From contig NW_015163751.1 of the NCBI RefSeq assembly GCF_001447785.1, forward strand, positions 1-64,000: DNA of 64,000 bases, written 5' to 3'. Made by a program: the position numbers and the translations under genes. This DNA comes from Gekko japonicus. Lineage: Eukaryota. Under the pieces are notes generated by a model, which worked only from the letters and a program-made list of their open reading frames with translations, searched no databases and had not been told where the DNA came from. Below, piece after piece: positions 1 to 12,810 of the stretch; within the stretch, counting starts at the first letter, position 1; every line of letters starts with the position of its first letter.

Positions 1-31
1 GTCTCTCACACTAACTGCTTCTAAAGGAAAT

Positions 32-682
32 TGTGACATCCTCCATAATGGGGAGACTTTCCTTTAAATTTAGTAGATTACTGCTGCCACCAGGAATTAA
101 AAATTCCAAATCTCTCAATTATGGTAGAATGACCCTGTGTCTGGTCACTTCAGAGGACTATGTGGCCCTGAGGAAGGGCTGTTCTGACTGCTGGGATAAG
201 TTTAAACAAATAATGATATATTTATAAAAGAACAAAATAGGTTTCTGGGTATTTCTGAACTGTTGTTGAAGAAAGGAACTTATAAATATTACTGATAAAG
301 CTTGGCGTTACACACTGTCCCTCAAAACACCAAAACTCAACTCTGACAGACTTAGCCACAGAGGCTAAACTCTGACTCTCTTAGCCACACAGGCTAAACT
401 GTTTGTCTTAGCCACACAAGCTAAACAGTTTGTCTTAGCCATACAGGATAGACTCAAACTGCTTCTTCTGCCATACAAGCTAAAAACAGCCACTCTCCAC
501 ACTCATCTCACCAAAAACAAAAAATCACCTCAGAGACACCCCTCCACCCACACTTTCAGTCATCAGCCAATCACATCACACTCATCTCCCTCTACCACTC
601 TCCTTGCATGACTGTCTCCTTACATGCAGTCAAACCAAACATTTAAAGAAACACACACACACCAAAAGGTGAAATCATTACA
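32..682. mobile_element. possible solo LTR with internal short tandem repeats
   Basis: TG...CA ends, near-matching 5-bp flanks gaaat/gaagt, tandem cttagccac..ggctaaac units at about 350-490. Confidence 0.35.
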
Positions 683-769
683 GAAGTGCTTCTTCATTTA
701 AAAAGGAATCAACATTTGGAGTTTGCTGTTTGAGGATACAGTGATGGCCTCTACTTTAGTTGGAGGTTT

Positions 770-1075
770 ACATAGATTCATGGAGGATGGGTCAGACCAG
801 AATGAATGGGTTGAAATTAAATCAAAAGAGTTTTTTGCTCAGCATTAGGAAGAACTTCCTGACACAGCGGTTCCTGAATGGGACAGGCTTCCTCAGGAGG
901 TGGTGGGCTCTCCTTTTTTGGAGGTTTTCAAACAGAGGCTAGATGGCCATTTGACAGCAAATGTGGATTCTGTGAACTTAGACAGATCATGAGAGGAGCA
1001 ATGCTGATTCTGTGAACTTAGGCAGATGGTGAGAGGGAGGGCAGGAATGGTTGCAATGGTGTGGAAGCTATTGTT
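770..1075 (+). mobile_element. CR1 LINE 3' fragment
   Basis: cattaggaagaacttcctgac...gaggttttcaaacagaggctagatggcca, typical of the CR1 ORF2 end/3' UTR. Confidence 0.6.
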
Positions 1076-1348
1076 ATCACTGTGCATTTCCCCCTCGCCG
1101 GGGGTTCACTTATGGCACCATTTTTTAAAAAGCAGTTAGCAATATGTGCATAGGCACATATGCGCACAGGCGCACAAATGCATTCACACACCACATCAGT
1201 GTGCGGACAGGGAAGTCAATGAATAAACACTTATGCTCATGCGCAAGTGAGGGTTTTTTTTAAAAGAACCTCATGTGCTGGCGAGTGTCTGGAGGGCAGA
1301 CTGCGGGGTGAGCACTGGGTGTCTGATTGTGTCACTGCGGAATAAATA

Positions 1349-1625
1349 AGCCAGTTTGGTGTAGTGGTTAAGTGCGCGGACTCTAATCTGGGAGAACCGG
1401 GTTTGATTCCCCACTCCTCCACTTGCACCTGGCTGGATGACCTTGGGCAAGCCGCAGTTCTGATAAGAGCTGTTCTTGAAAAAAGAGCATTTTCTGTCAG
1501 AGCTCTCTCAGCCCCGCCTACCTCACAGGGTATCTGTTGTGGGGAGGGGAAGGGAAAGGAGTTTGTAAGCCGCTGTGAGACACCATTGGGTAGTGAAGGA
1601 CGGGGTATAACTCCATCCTCCTTCT
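1349..1625 (+). mobile_element. tRNA-derived squamate SINE (Squam3-like)
   Basis: agccagtttggtgtagtggttaag...gggtttgattcccc (A/B boxes), L2-like tail; several copies in the window. Confidence 0.8.
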
Positions 1626-1689
1626 AATATTTGAGGCATGTCAACAGCGCTATAATCACACCATCTGACCACTACCGCAGAGAGGTGCT

Positions 1690-1897
1690 CATTGGCACTT
1701 TGGGGTTCAGAAGCAATTTTTCTCCAGGCCAATTCTGCCAGGGTTCAAGGAGGGTTGTATTTGCCATCTTCTGGGCATGGGGCAGGGGTCACTGGATGTG
1801 TGTGTGGAGGAGGTATTTGTGAATTTCCTGCGTTGTGCAGGGGGTTGGACTAGATGACCCTGGAGTGTTCTCCCAACTCTATGATTCTATGATTCTA
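1690..1897 (+). mobile_element. CR1 3' end
   Basis: gggttggactagatgaccc...ccaactctatgattctatgattcta terminal (ATTCTATG)n repeat. Confidence 0.75.
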
Positions 1898-2047
1898 AAT
1901 GCCAAATAGCTACGATGGTAAATGAAACCTCCATATTCAGAGTCTCTATTGGGTTGTCAACTCTGGACTGGGGAATTCCTGGATGTTTAGGGGTGGAGCC
2001 AGGGGAGGGGGGCTTGGGGAAGGAGGGAGGGGTATAATGCCATGAAA

Positions 2048-2262
2048 CACAGTGTGGTACAGAGGTTAGAAGCGGTGGACTGTAATCTGGAGAGTGGAGT
2101 TTGATTCTCCCCCTCCTCCACATGAACCCTGCTGGGTGACCTTGGGCCAGTCACAGTTCTCTCAACCCCACCTACCTCACAGGGTGCCTGTTGTGGGGAG
2201 AAGAAGGGAAGGTGATTGTAAGCCATTTTGAGACTTCTTAAGGTAGAGAAAAGTGGGGTATA
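2048..2262 (+). mobile_element. Squam3-like SINE (older copy) nested in a ggttg..caacc element
   Basis: homologous to 1349-1625. Confidence 0.6.
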
Positions 2263-2626
2263 GAGCCCTCCTCCTACTCCTCCTGTTTTCCCCAGGGGAC
2301 CTGATATCCGTAGCCTGGTTGGCAACCCAAGTGCAGAAGCAGGGAGAGGCTTTGGCCTTCTGGAGCAGGGGGTCTTCCACAGAGTTACAGGGTCTGCTGG
2401 ACTACCGGTCAGATCCAGTAGGGCTACTCTTACGTCGATAAGATCTGATTATTATGCTTCGCTTGTAGTTTTACTCAAATGAGTATTACTTTAAAGGGGG
2501 GGGGAAAGCAAAGATGAAATCCATCAGCACATTGCGGGGGTGGGCAGGCGTGGATCTGTTTTCTGTCTCTTTGTGGCTCTTGCCTCCGTGAAACCCCCTT
2601 TCCCTTTTCTGTCCTCGTGCAAACAG

Positions 2627-2715
2627 CTTATATAGAATCATCAGATGACGTGACTGTCCATGACTTTGAAAACCTCATGCAACTCAATGTTGTGAGCTGT
2701 TTGTTATTATCCAAG
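2627..2715 (+). CDS. HSD17B14: HSD17B14-like copy A exon 5
   Basis: aaacAG|ct tat ... tcc aag|GTgagt; 89 bp, same size and phase as in copies B and C. Confidence 0.85.
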
Positions 2716-5700
2716 GTGAGTGTTTCTAAAGTATCAGCAGATGCCCTATTCCTGAGGGCAGCTGGCATCTTCCAGAGTGGAAAGTCAAGCAGGAAAAAAG
2801 AGGTGCTGCAGGGCTTTACCTGGGTCCTTCAATCATCCGCTGCCCGAATGAACGTGATGAGGAAGGTCCCTGGCTCCACAGTAGAGGGCCTGATGTCCCC
2901 TAAGGATTCATCCCTGCCAGGGCTATTTTGGGGCAGGAACGCACAGGAACGGAGTTCCGTCTGGCTTCAGAGTTGGCCACGCCCACTACAGCCAAAACCT
3001 TTGTGTGCGTGGCTACAGAGGGAAGGCCTGGAGAGCGAACCCCCCAGCAACTCCGAGGCAGGTGGGCCAGGGGGCCCCCTGGAAGGATCGGGGAGGCAAT
3101 TAAATGCCTCTCGTGCCTTCCCTGGCCTGTCGAAGGGCCGGCTTGCCTGGGTTCCCTGCAGCCGTGGGGCGCCCAGGCAAGCCAAGGGAAGGCATGGGGT
3201 GTGGCCTAATATGCTAATGAGCTATGATGTCAGGGTGTGGCCTAATATGCTAATGCATTCCNNNNNNNNNNNNNNNNNNNNNNNNNNNNNNNNNNNNNNN
3301 NNNNNNNNNNNNNNNNNNNNNNNNNNNNNNNNNNNNNNNNNNNNNNNNNNNNNNNNNNNNNNNNNNNNNNNNNNNNNNNNNNNNNNNNNNNNNNNNNNNN
3401 NNNNNNNNNNNNNNNNNNNNNNNNNNNNNNNNNNNNNNNNNNNNNNNNNNNNNNNNNNNNNNNNNNNNNNNNNNNNNNNNNNNNNNNNNNNNNNNNNNNN
3501 NNNNNNNNNNNNNNNNNNNNNNNNNNNNNNNNGGCTGTGGCCTATTATGCTAAGAAGTTCCTGCTGGGCTTTTTCTACAAAAAAATCCCTGATCCCCGCC
3601 ATCCCCAGTTGCAAGGGTTTCTGCTAGTCATACCGGGGAGGGGCTTTGCCAGTGGACAATTCTAAGCTATATGGATTAATGTAAAGATCTGTGGCAGCAT
3701 ACAGCAGCTTTGGACTTTTTTTCTTTTGAGGTTAGGCACATCTTTTCTCCTTCTACCTTGTGTACAGTATGCACTGCCCTACTTACGGCAAACGAAAGGA
3801 AACATCGTCAACATTGGCGGCATTGCCGGTATTATTGGGATGAAAAATGCTCTGCCAACTACCACAAGCAAGGTAATCCTGACCAAGGACAGAATTGTTT
3901 GCCAATTTTTTTTAATGCTTCTGCTCTTGAGCTTCTTAGAGCAGCTTGGCTGGCAGATGAAGGTTTGCACAGCATGGGGATGACCAGTGATAGTGTCTCC
4001 ATTCTCTGTGCTTTGAAAAACTCAACTCTACCTGCGGGTTCTTGTAAATCAAGGTGCTCCCAAAGGCACAGGAGGAGGCTGGCTTGATATTTTTCGGTTC
4101 AGATATCAATCCTCATACATGATCCTTACGCCAGTTCAAAACCAGTAAAGGTTTCATGGGACGTTGATTTGCTTTCTTTTCATTATCAGACTGGGAAAAG
4201 TTCACTTAGGCCTCAGCGCTGAAAACATCCTACATCTTTGACCCTTCCCTTAGAACCCCAAGTACGGTTCCCGACTACCTAGAGTAAATGGGATGCCCTC
4301 CCCCTTGACTCGAGGCTTCATGGGAAGGTTATTTACATGGTGATGTCATTTCCCCCATGCTATGAAAAGCTTGATGGCAACCGTAACTCCAAGGGACGAG
4401 ATTTCTACCTCTCTGCTCTAATTTATCAATCTGCCAAAGAAATCTGTCCTTCAGGTCCCCAGTATTCAGGCTTCAGTTTCCTGGTCTAGGGATCAGACTT
4501 GGATATCTAGGGACAAATCGCCCCATGATGGAAGTCAGGGGGTCGTGGCAGTAATTTGGGGGGCCAGGGCCCAAGATGCCCCACTGTAGCTACAGGCCTG
4601 GATAAGGTCCAGCCCCCCCCTCCACCCCGTCCTCACCAGGGTTGCCAACAGGACTTAAGAAAAATACCCTCTCCCTTTAAGAGAAGCTTAGTAGCCACTT
4701 GGACTGTAGGCATTATTGAAGCCCATACCGTAAAAAATCATTCTCTTTATTCACATCAGAGTTTAGTCAGAGGCATAAGAGGAGGCGAGGATATTTCTGG
4801 ACAGTTTGCAACCCTGCTTGTTGGGTATTCTCTTGCAGGGCGCTGTGATTGCAATGACCAAGGCCCTGGCCATCGACGAGAGCAAATACGGAGTACGGGT
4901 CAACAGGTAAAAACGATTATCATCATTACAGAGCCCTCGATGCACAGTGTCCCTTGCAGAACACTCTCAGGAAAGAAAGATAGGACCTCCGTAGCCTAAC
5001 ACCAGGAGTTAACAGGCCAAGTTTTTTGCTAAAGCAAATAAAGAGATAATACAGGGGGAAAGATAAGGAATGATAACAGGTAATTGGAACTAAAAGAGTG
5101 TAACACTCAGACAAATGGGCTGGGGTAACTTTCCTGGAGAAGGTATAAGTGATTCAAAGTCCACAAATTTCTTTTCCCTTTCAAATATCATTGCTTATGA
5201 GAAGAGAACAACAATAAATAGATTAGGTACAAAGCATGGTATCTTCTAAAATTAGAGGTTAGGAAATTAATCCCATTATTTTCAATTCCACTTGAATAAT
5301 CTGCTTTGCTATAAGGACGTACATCCTCAGTATATCTGAAACGACCAAAGTACCCAAATCACTGCACTTACAGATAGAGGAGAGGAGGGGGACGTCTACA
5401 TACTAGCGGGTCTCCCCCAGGTATGCAGGAAAGTACAACATTGACAATTAACTAAAAAAAGCACAAGATACTGAGGAAAAAACCCAGCTTAAAAGAGAAC
5501 CGAATCTTCTCCAGGGAGCTCGAAATGTGGAGAGCAGGTGAGAATCCGTTAAAGGAGGGGAAAAAAGGTGGGGTGGGGGAGAAATCGGCCTCCTTAAGTC
5601 CACCCCAAAGAGTTTACAGAATCCTGGAGGTTTAGCTATTACTTTTTTCCTGTGTCTTAAACAAATGATCTGTTTATTCCCTGTGGACTGAGATTGCAGA

Positions 5701-6668
5701 GGCTGCATTCCACGCCATGTTTTTTCTGGGGCGTAGAAATGAATAACGAGGAGTCTGGGGTGAAAGACTGTAAGGTCATCATGGAAGTTGCTGTCTTTCT
5801 AGGAATAATTAGAAAGGCATGTCTTCAACACTCATTTGGGGACATATTCCTTGATGTTTCATGATGCCCCATATCTTTTTCTTAATTCTCAATCATTTCG
5901 AATTTTAGCATCTCGCCAAGTCATATCTGGACTCCTTTGTGGGAAAGGGAAGCAAATCGTTTTAAGAATCCAGAGGCCATAGTCCAGGAAGGCGAAAGTT
6001 ATCAGGCAAGTGTGTTGTGGGGAAACAGGAATGGAGCTGGTGCAGATGAATGGTTTCTTCCAGGGGTTGCCATCCTCAAGGTGGGGCCTGAAGTTCTCCT
6101 AGAATGACCGCTGTTCTCCAGGCGACAGAGATCAGTGCTCAGGAGGAAATGGCAGCTCTGCAGGGAAGGGGAACAGAAGTCCTAGAGTGTCCCCAGATGG
6201 AGGGTGCTGTTGGTCTTCACTATCTCCTTTGGAAGAAGCATCCCCCCTCCCCAGATTCTGCCCTCCGCAGGCACGGTTTCCCAAGCCAGGATTGGCAGTC
6301 TTAGTTCTACCACATGTAAAGTGGTAATAATAAGTACGGGAGTGTATGCAATGGCAGAAATTCGAATTTTGCACCCAGGAAACCTGAATTCTACTGCTTA
6401 TAAATCCTGCCCCACCCAGATTCAGCTTCTGAGACCTCATGATCTTATCTTATGTGAGCTGAGTTCAGAATTCTACATTTATCTCTCTTCTCTTGCACAT
6501 GTATAGCTTATGGGACGGTTTGGGACCCCAGAAGAGGTGGCCTTGGGCGTTCTGTTCCTTGCTGCTGATGGAACTTTCTGCACTGGTCTGAACCTTCTAC
6601 TCACTGGTGGAGCTGAAGTTGGCTTCGGAAGAAAGAGCCAGATGGGTCCTGACCAATGTTCCCTCTAA
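2627..6668 (+). CDS. HSD17B14: HSD17B14-like SDR, copy A (partial: exons 5-9; join 2627-2715,3768-3872,4839-4906,5909-6005,6507-6668)
   Basis: Spliced translation ..YIESSDDVTVHDFENLMQLNVVSCLLLSK/YALPYLRQTKGNIVNIGGIAGIIGMKNALPTTTSK/GAVIAMTKALAIDESKYGVRVNS/ISPSHIWTPLWEREANRFKNPEAIVQEGESYQ/LMGRFGTPEEVALGVLFLAADGTFCTGLNLLLTGGAEVGFGRKSQMGPDQCSL* matches HSD17B14 motifs (ALPYLR, TKALAIDES, ISPxxIWTPLW, FCTG..GGAE). Exon sizes 89/105/68/97 are the same in all copies. Confidence 0.9.
2918..3591. mobile_element. hAT-type non-autonomous DNA transposon (spans the N-gap)
   Basis: cagggct...ccctg TIRs; 8-bp TSD atccctgc/atccccgc; empty site present in copy B intron 5 (about 23230). Confidence 0.7.
3768..3872 (+). 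CDS. HSD17B14: HSD17B14-like copy A exon 6 (active-site exon)
   Basis: tacAG|tat ... agc aag|GTaatc; 105 bp; YALPYLRQTKGNIVNIGG...TTTSK. Confidence 0.9.
4839..4906 (+). CDS. HSD17B14: HSD17B14-like copy A exon 7
   Basis: ttgcAG|ggc gct ... aac ag|GTaaaa; 68 bp; GAVIAMTKALAIDESKYGVRVN. Confidence 0.9.
5909..6005 (+). CDS. HSD17B14: HSD17B14-like copy A exon 8
   Basis: tttAG|c atc tcg cca ... tat cag|GCaagt; 97 bp; GC donor. Confidence 0.88.
6507..6668 (+). CDS. HSD17B14: HSD17B14-like copy A exon 9 (stop codon supplied by an inserted MITE)
   Basis: tatAG|ctt atg gga cgg ...; TAA at 6666-6668 lies inside the MITE TIR; ancestral in-frame stop at 6913-6915; AATAAA at 7074-7079. Confidence 0.88.
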   Translation, partial: LMGRFGTPEEVALGVLFLAADGTFCTGLNLLLTGGAEVGFGRKSQMGPDQCSL

Positions 6669-6859
6669 GCTGTGGAGTCTTGTGAGCAAAAATTCTATTG
6701 TGTGAGCTACTGGCATTAAAGTTGTGAGCGAGCAATTTGGTTACTGCATAGATTAGTCTGCTCTGGAGCCATCCTTCCTGAGCTAAAACAAAAATGTGTG
6801 AGCAGGAGGCTAAAGAACTGTGAGCTAGCTCACACTAACTCAGCTTAGAGGGAACACTG
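6654..6859. mobile_element. 206-bp hAT MITE inserted in exon 9 of copy A
   Basis: TIR caatgttccctctaagctg / cagcttagagggaacactg; perfect 8-bp TSD gtcctgac at 6646-6653 and 6860-6867. Confidence 0.92.
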
Positions 6860-7984
6860 GTCCTGACTCTTCTGCAATTGATAGTGGGAATCTGAAGGAC
6901 TCCTCCAGCAACTAATAGAACCACAAAGAGGGGTGGGGATAAGAGCAAAGAGTACAACTGTCATTGATTCAAAGTCATTATTCAGTCTTCATTAAATGCT
7001 TCTTTTTTATGTTTTCTGGTTGTTTCCCCTTGACCAGCAACTGTGCCTATTCTTGTTCCAAATCCCACCATCCAATAAAGAAATGGCTCAAAGGAAAGAG
7101 AGGTCATAAAGGTGTCGTTGCTGTCCGGCTTTAATTCATGAAAATGAGTTTGCATCAGGACCTACCCTTCCTTGTTGAGCTGGGTTTGGTGCTCTCTGCC
7201 CGGCCTTACAACCTCCTTTTCCTGCACCTCCTCTGCCTGGATTCATTTGCAAGTTTGTACATTATCCAAAAGTTGGGCTTCTAACCAGGGTGGTGGCAGC
7301 AGCTGTGGTGTATATCTTCTTACCCTGAGATACCACCAAGCCATTCAAACTGTTGAACCAAGGCTGAATAAATTTACCCAGCTTTTTCAGAAGCCTCCAT
7401 CAAAATAGGTACCTTCTGAACTTCCAGGTAAGAACTCAGGTACTCTGAATGAGTTCCTTAGAAACACTTCAGGAAGTCTGAGGTTGCCAAAAATGGCATC
7501 TGCCTATCAAAACTGCACTCATTTATTTATATTTATATTTATTTATACCTTCGGCTTATGTACCGCCCTGACCCCGAAGGGTCTCTGGGCGGTTTTACAT
7601 AGTGGTTCTAACCAACCAATTAATCTAACTGGGGCCACATTGTCTACAGTGTGGTGACTGCCTACCAGCAGCCCGGGCTAGTTGTCATCCGGCTTCATTT
7701 CGCGGCTTCAGATATTGGCGTCCTGGTGCCCTTTCTGGAGCCGATCTTTCTGGAGCAGCTTCCTCCGGCAGGTCTCGTCTTGGCGCATGGCTCTGTGTTG
7801 GCTGCAGTTCTGGCTACTGTCCACAGGTGGCTCCGCCACGCTGCACCACACGTCACCACGCTCTCCAAGGCCTCCGACATTGCTCCACTGGGTCGCCAGG
7901 AACTGCTCCGCCGCCATTGTTGCCGCTGCCGCCGCTAAACTCTCTACCTCACAAGGATTAGGGGTGGCCCCTGCCACCTAGGGC

Positions 7985-8150
7985 AGGTACCCACTTTATC
8001 TACTTGCATTTATGATGCTTTCAAACCGCTGGGTGGACGGGAGCTGGGACGTGGGCCGGGAGCTCACCCCGACTGCGGTGGGTTTCGAACAGCCATAATG
8101 GCTGTTCATTGATGTTACTTTGTAGGCGTTCTTACTGCCTGTGCCACCGC
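7985..8150 (-). mobile_element. Sauria SINE fragment
   Basis: reverse complement of the gagctccc...cagctcc...aagtagataaa..ggtac core, also seen at 27315-27606. Confidence 0.55.
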
Positions 8151-11100
8151 TCCTTCCTGCCTGTCCCCAGCTTGGCAGACTTAGCAAGCTGAAGTCCCCA
8201 ATCAGCTGAAAGCCTTCCAAGAGAACAAGAAAACTGAATTTAAAAACCCGTTCACAACAATTAGATCTTCCTTTAGTGGTTTAGCAGAGGGATGGAGAAG
8301 GCACCAAAGCAGCGAAGGTGCGGGAACAGCAGTCCAGAATGTTTGGAAAATGAAAAGTGTTTTCCAGAAAAAGAGAGGGAATGCTGGGGGGAGGGGAGCA
8401 GAAGCAGTTGCCAAGCAGAGAAGGGAGGCTGAACACCTGTTTTGAAGTTATCCCTCAATTTTGGGGAGGGGATAACATGGAAAGAATCATGTCAGAATGG
8501 GTTACTCATATAAAGTAAGAGATGGCAAGAGAAGCCCGTGTCTTTATCGCATGATTCATTTAAATTCCCTCAATAGCTGTTCTGTTGGTATCGATTGACT
8601 GAGAAAATACATACTAACAAAAAACAATATAATGTCAATGCTTATGGATTTGCAGAACCATTGAATCACTCCAGGGCTTCCAGGTTGATAACCACTGCTT
8701 TAGAGAAAAAATACACCTTGGAAAGTATTCCATAACTGTGTGGTTCTCTCTCTCTCTCTCTAAAAAAAAGACTGCTGATGTGATTACACACCTTGAAGAA
8801 GGCTTAGAACAGTCATCCTCAACCTTCAATGGTGTTTCCTGGAGCCTCCCCCTCCCCCTCCCAAAAAGGAGTCAGGTTCTGGGTTTTCTCCACCTCGTTA
8901 CAGCAGGAGAGGCTTCACAAGGCAGAGAGAACACTCAAGACTTCGCTTGCACAAGGGGGTTCATGTTTTGGGCAGGGTATTAACTTGATCCCTGTTTTCT
9001 GAACAATGTTGACAGGTTGTTCAGATCTTTCAACCCTTCCAGCCTGAGCTGGTGGGACGTTCCTTACTCAATCCAAAGGTAGGGAGTCTGCTCCCTCCTG
9101 AGATAAGTGAACCCTCTTCTCTCTATCATTTAAGAGGGCATGTCTCCCATGCCTCAATACCCAACTCATGTTTTAATGACAGCTATCCATCCTGTCCTTC
9201 CTGGCAGGTACAGTCTCTTTACAGAAACACATCTCCACTCTTGCTGACACTTTGTGCATTGTATGGCTCTCTTCCCTGGGAAAGCAAAAAGCTCCCAGAT
9301 CCCTTGCGTAGTGGTGGCTATGATATCACTAAGCTTTGTTTTGCTGAATTTGCCGATGAGTCAAGCTCAAGCTCTTTTTAACTGTCCATGAATTCTGTTT
9401 CAATTGACTTCCATCTTTGGCAGTTAGCTGAACCAGTGACAGGAAAAAGTAGATCAATTACTTTTTAATAGACTCTAAAAGTTGAGATTGGCCTTCTTAT
9501 TTTGTTTACCAGATGTATCTCATATGTACCTGCAGATTAGCTCATATGTTGCTTATGTTTTATTTAGTTAAGAATCGGTTATCAAAAATTATTACATGAT
9601 CATGTTTATAAGATTCTCAAACTATCTTAGCTTATTATAATAGATTTACAATATATTATCAAATTAATCTTTGAACTAAATTATTCTGCCAATAATTCAG
9701 CTCAGTCCTAGGAGGTCTTGGGTCAGGAGGGGGAAAGAAGATGAGGAAGATATGACGATAAAGTCTGCAAAAGAAGTTTTGTCTTTCATAATATTCATGA
9801 TTTTGGTTGTGGTGTTAAATTATAAAATTCTTTCTTCAATAAAACAAAATACAATAAAAAAGAATCAGTTATCTAGATAATATCACAGGATTATGCTAGG
9901 TAATTGTGGTAAGAAAATTTAGAAATATGGAAGGTTTGGGTTTAAAATGAACCAAATAGTTCATAAAATCTATGTACCTGTTCCTGTCATTGCTAGCAAC
10001 ACAGCAGACAGCCTTGGCCTGTTTGAATCAAACCCCATGATTCTTTGCAAGCCCTTTTGTCCCAGGAGGATCTCTTTCTTGGTCACACACGCAAAGATGT
10101 AACACATTCCATTCCCAGCCACAGGTGTGAGACCACCAATTTCCTAGGCAATAAAATGTGTGGCCATTTGGGAAGTTGGCAGACTTCAATCCATAAGACT
10201 AACTTCCTGAGATACAGAGGGTTCACACACACCCCGCTTTCATCTCTCTGATAACTTCAAAGGATAGTTTATTTCCCATGATTGGGAAACACCAGGAGTA
10301 AACAATGACACTGTATTGATCCTGTGGAATGTGAACTTTTGTTGTGTGAGACCAAGGAAACAAATTTCCTGTAAAACAATTTCAACTTCTAAATGTTAAT
10401 TTACAATTGTAATCTGATTATTTGTTCTTTGGTATAAATACTGGTCAGATCCAACAGACTTTCGTTGACTCTTGAAGGATCAGGAGAGAGGCTCATTTCT
10501 CCTGAGAATTCGGAGTCAACCCGAGAGGCCTCTCGTTCGCTGCATGCCATGGGGTGGGGGAAACTTTGCTTGCATGTTTATTTTTCTGTGTATTCTATCA
10601 ATGTTTAGGAAATAGGATTCTACTGTGTTGGCAGGCTGGCATAACGTCTTGCTGGTCATCTTGCCAGGCAAATCTCTGAATGTTTTTCTATAATAAAGAT
10701 AAGTTTTATTTTAAGAAGAGACCTTTGAATGTCTCTGCCAGCGCCTTAGCGATTTCCAAGCTTACACCTCTGCCTTTGGTAAGGAGGTGACACTCAGTAG
10801 ACATGAACTGAGGGGAGAGTATGGGTGACACGGGTAAACACGCTTTCACAGACACGGCAAGCCAAACACATTTTTCTTACAACAGTAATCAGGTTTTATG
10901 TTGTTTATCTAATTTAGTTATGTAGTTAACTAATATTAATTTTGTTTTAATTATGTATGTTTTATTCTGTATTTATGTTACCTGGAAGCCGACCTGAGCC
11001 TGCTTTGCGGGGAGGGCAGGGTACAAATTTGATGATGATGATGATGATAATAATAATAATAATAACAATATCACAATTATGATAGACAAGATTTAGAGAT

Positions 11101-12457
11101 AAGAACTGGTATTTCTCTACAAATATGCACTCCTCTGACAAGCAAATTAGATTTCTCTGGATGGAGATCTCAGAAGAAGAATAGGCGAGATTTCTTGGTG
11201 GGTAACTTGGCTTTTTGATTATCCCTAAAAGTAGTGAGACAACCAGTCGAAACCTGATTTGCTTTTAAAGCTATTACTTGCTAAAAAGCAATGTTAGATA
11301 TTTTGATACCTTTAGCATTTATTTTCAGGGTATTTGTAGGATTAGCTTTTTCATACTTTTATTTACTTCTGTCTAGCTCATTAAAGAAAATAACTTCTTA
11401 TTTCAATAAAAGATAAACATTTCTGGTGATGTTCTGTCTGGTTTGCTGGTTACACTCAAATAACTATACTCACCCCCTTATTCTTTTGTATTATCAGAAC
11501 TAAGGGTTGTAAATCACCCTTCAATTAAATAAATCCAGAGAACTTTGTTACTAAACACGTTTTATAAAGGCAAAGCTATTAGACGTGTTACGTTCAGGCT
11601 CTCTGATTGGATATGGGATGCAAGTATAAGACAAATGAAATTTCCTAGAGAATATTTGCCAAATAAAAAAGCACTCCTTTATTTTACATGGGGGGGGAAT
11701 GTAAAAATTCCACCACACCATGGAGGGCACTGTTTTTAAACACAGAGAAAAGTTATTTTAGTAAACTCTCCTGAGGAACTGTGATTGCCTTACAAATCAA
11801 TGTTTACATTTTAATAAATTTCATTTAAGATCTATGACCTAGAAAGGAGATGATGTAACGATAAAAAGGAATATGTGAGCTAAACTATCTGGAAAGCTTT
11901 TCAGAGGTATTCCCTTGCGCATTTTCTAATTTCTAAGGACAGATGGAGAGGGCAATCTTTATTCCAACAGATCTCTGGAGACATGAAGGACTACCTCTCC
12001 CAGCATGCTGTAAGATCCGTGGGTATGCTCACTGGTAGAAATGACATGCTTTGCTGTTGCCATTATTTAATCAAAAGATGAGATAGATGTTCGAACCTGG
12101 ATCTTTTTTTTTAGAAGTCCCCTCCCCCCTTTCAGCTAACACACCTTGGTGAACTCTAGATAATCCTCACTTCATTATTGGAATAAAATAGGACCCTTAT
12201 TTAATCCTGTAAGTGAGGTCAGAAGGAATCATAGCTCTGTGGCAAGTTACACCAATGAATCCCCATTATTATCACACATTATCACACAGGCAGCGAGAGG
12301 GTGGAACATGATGCAGTACAGGGGAAATGACTGTCACGCTTCTAGAGAAGTTGCATTATCCCTCATACTGGCAAGTCACTGGACAGAGCCTCTTGAATGA
12401 CTCAGCTGTTTTTTCAAGAAACACACATCCAGTCTGTCTCTTTGTAAGGGATCAAAG

Positions 12458-12810
12458 CAGGGGTTGTTTCATAGAAAAAGAGCTAGGGGAACTCATTAGC
12501 ATAACACATTAGCATATGCCACACCCCCTGACATCAGGGGCCCGGCGGTGGACCTGCAAGGCCGGCGGGAGTGCGAGGAAGCCCCGCCAAGGCCCTCCTT
12601 GGCCCCAGGCAGGCAGGGGTGGGGAGAGGCGGGGAAGAAGCAACTTACCCTCCCTCTTCTCCTGCCTCCTCCTGGCTGAATGAGGGCCGGAAGCGGGGCG
12701 GCCAGAAGCAGGGGGCAGGGCTTCATTGTGTGCCCTGCCCCCCCGCACCTCACCCGGGGGAACTGCGATCCCCCGCGTTCCCCCCCGAAATGACCTCTGG
12801 ATCAAAGTAT
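12458..12810. mobile_element. hAT-like element related to 2918-3591 and 17158-17533
   Basis: cagggg..tagaaaaagagc..gaactcattagcata..gccacacccc; right boundary uncertain. Confidence 0.45.

Noticed and set aside
1349-1420. tRNA-like sequence with A/B boxes (also at 22765, 42900, 47680, 25920)
   Set aside because: These are heads of tRNA-derived SINEs, continuous with SINE bodies, not tRNA genes.
2617-3627. 336-aa ORF in the ORF track
   Set aside because: Only 2627-2715 is a real exon; the rest is read-through into intron, a hAT element and an N-gap.
6654-6668. New C-terminus QCSL as a CaaX or PTS1 targeting signal
   Set aside because: The Cys is third from the end (CaaX needs fourth), and CSL lacks the basic residue of PTS1.
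10090-11500. Possible solo LTRs (TATA-like and AATAAA signals, ttaca end near 10880)
   Set aside because: Could not find matching TSDs or define the ends by eye.
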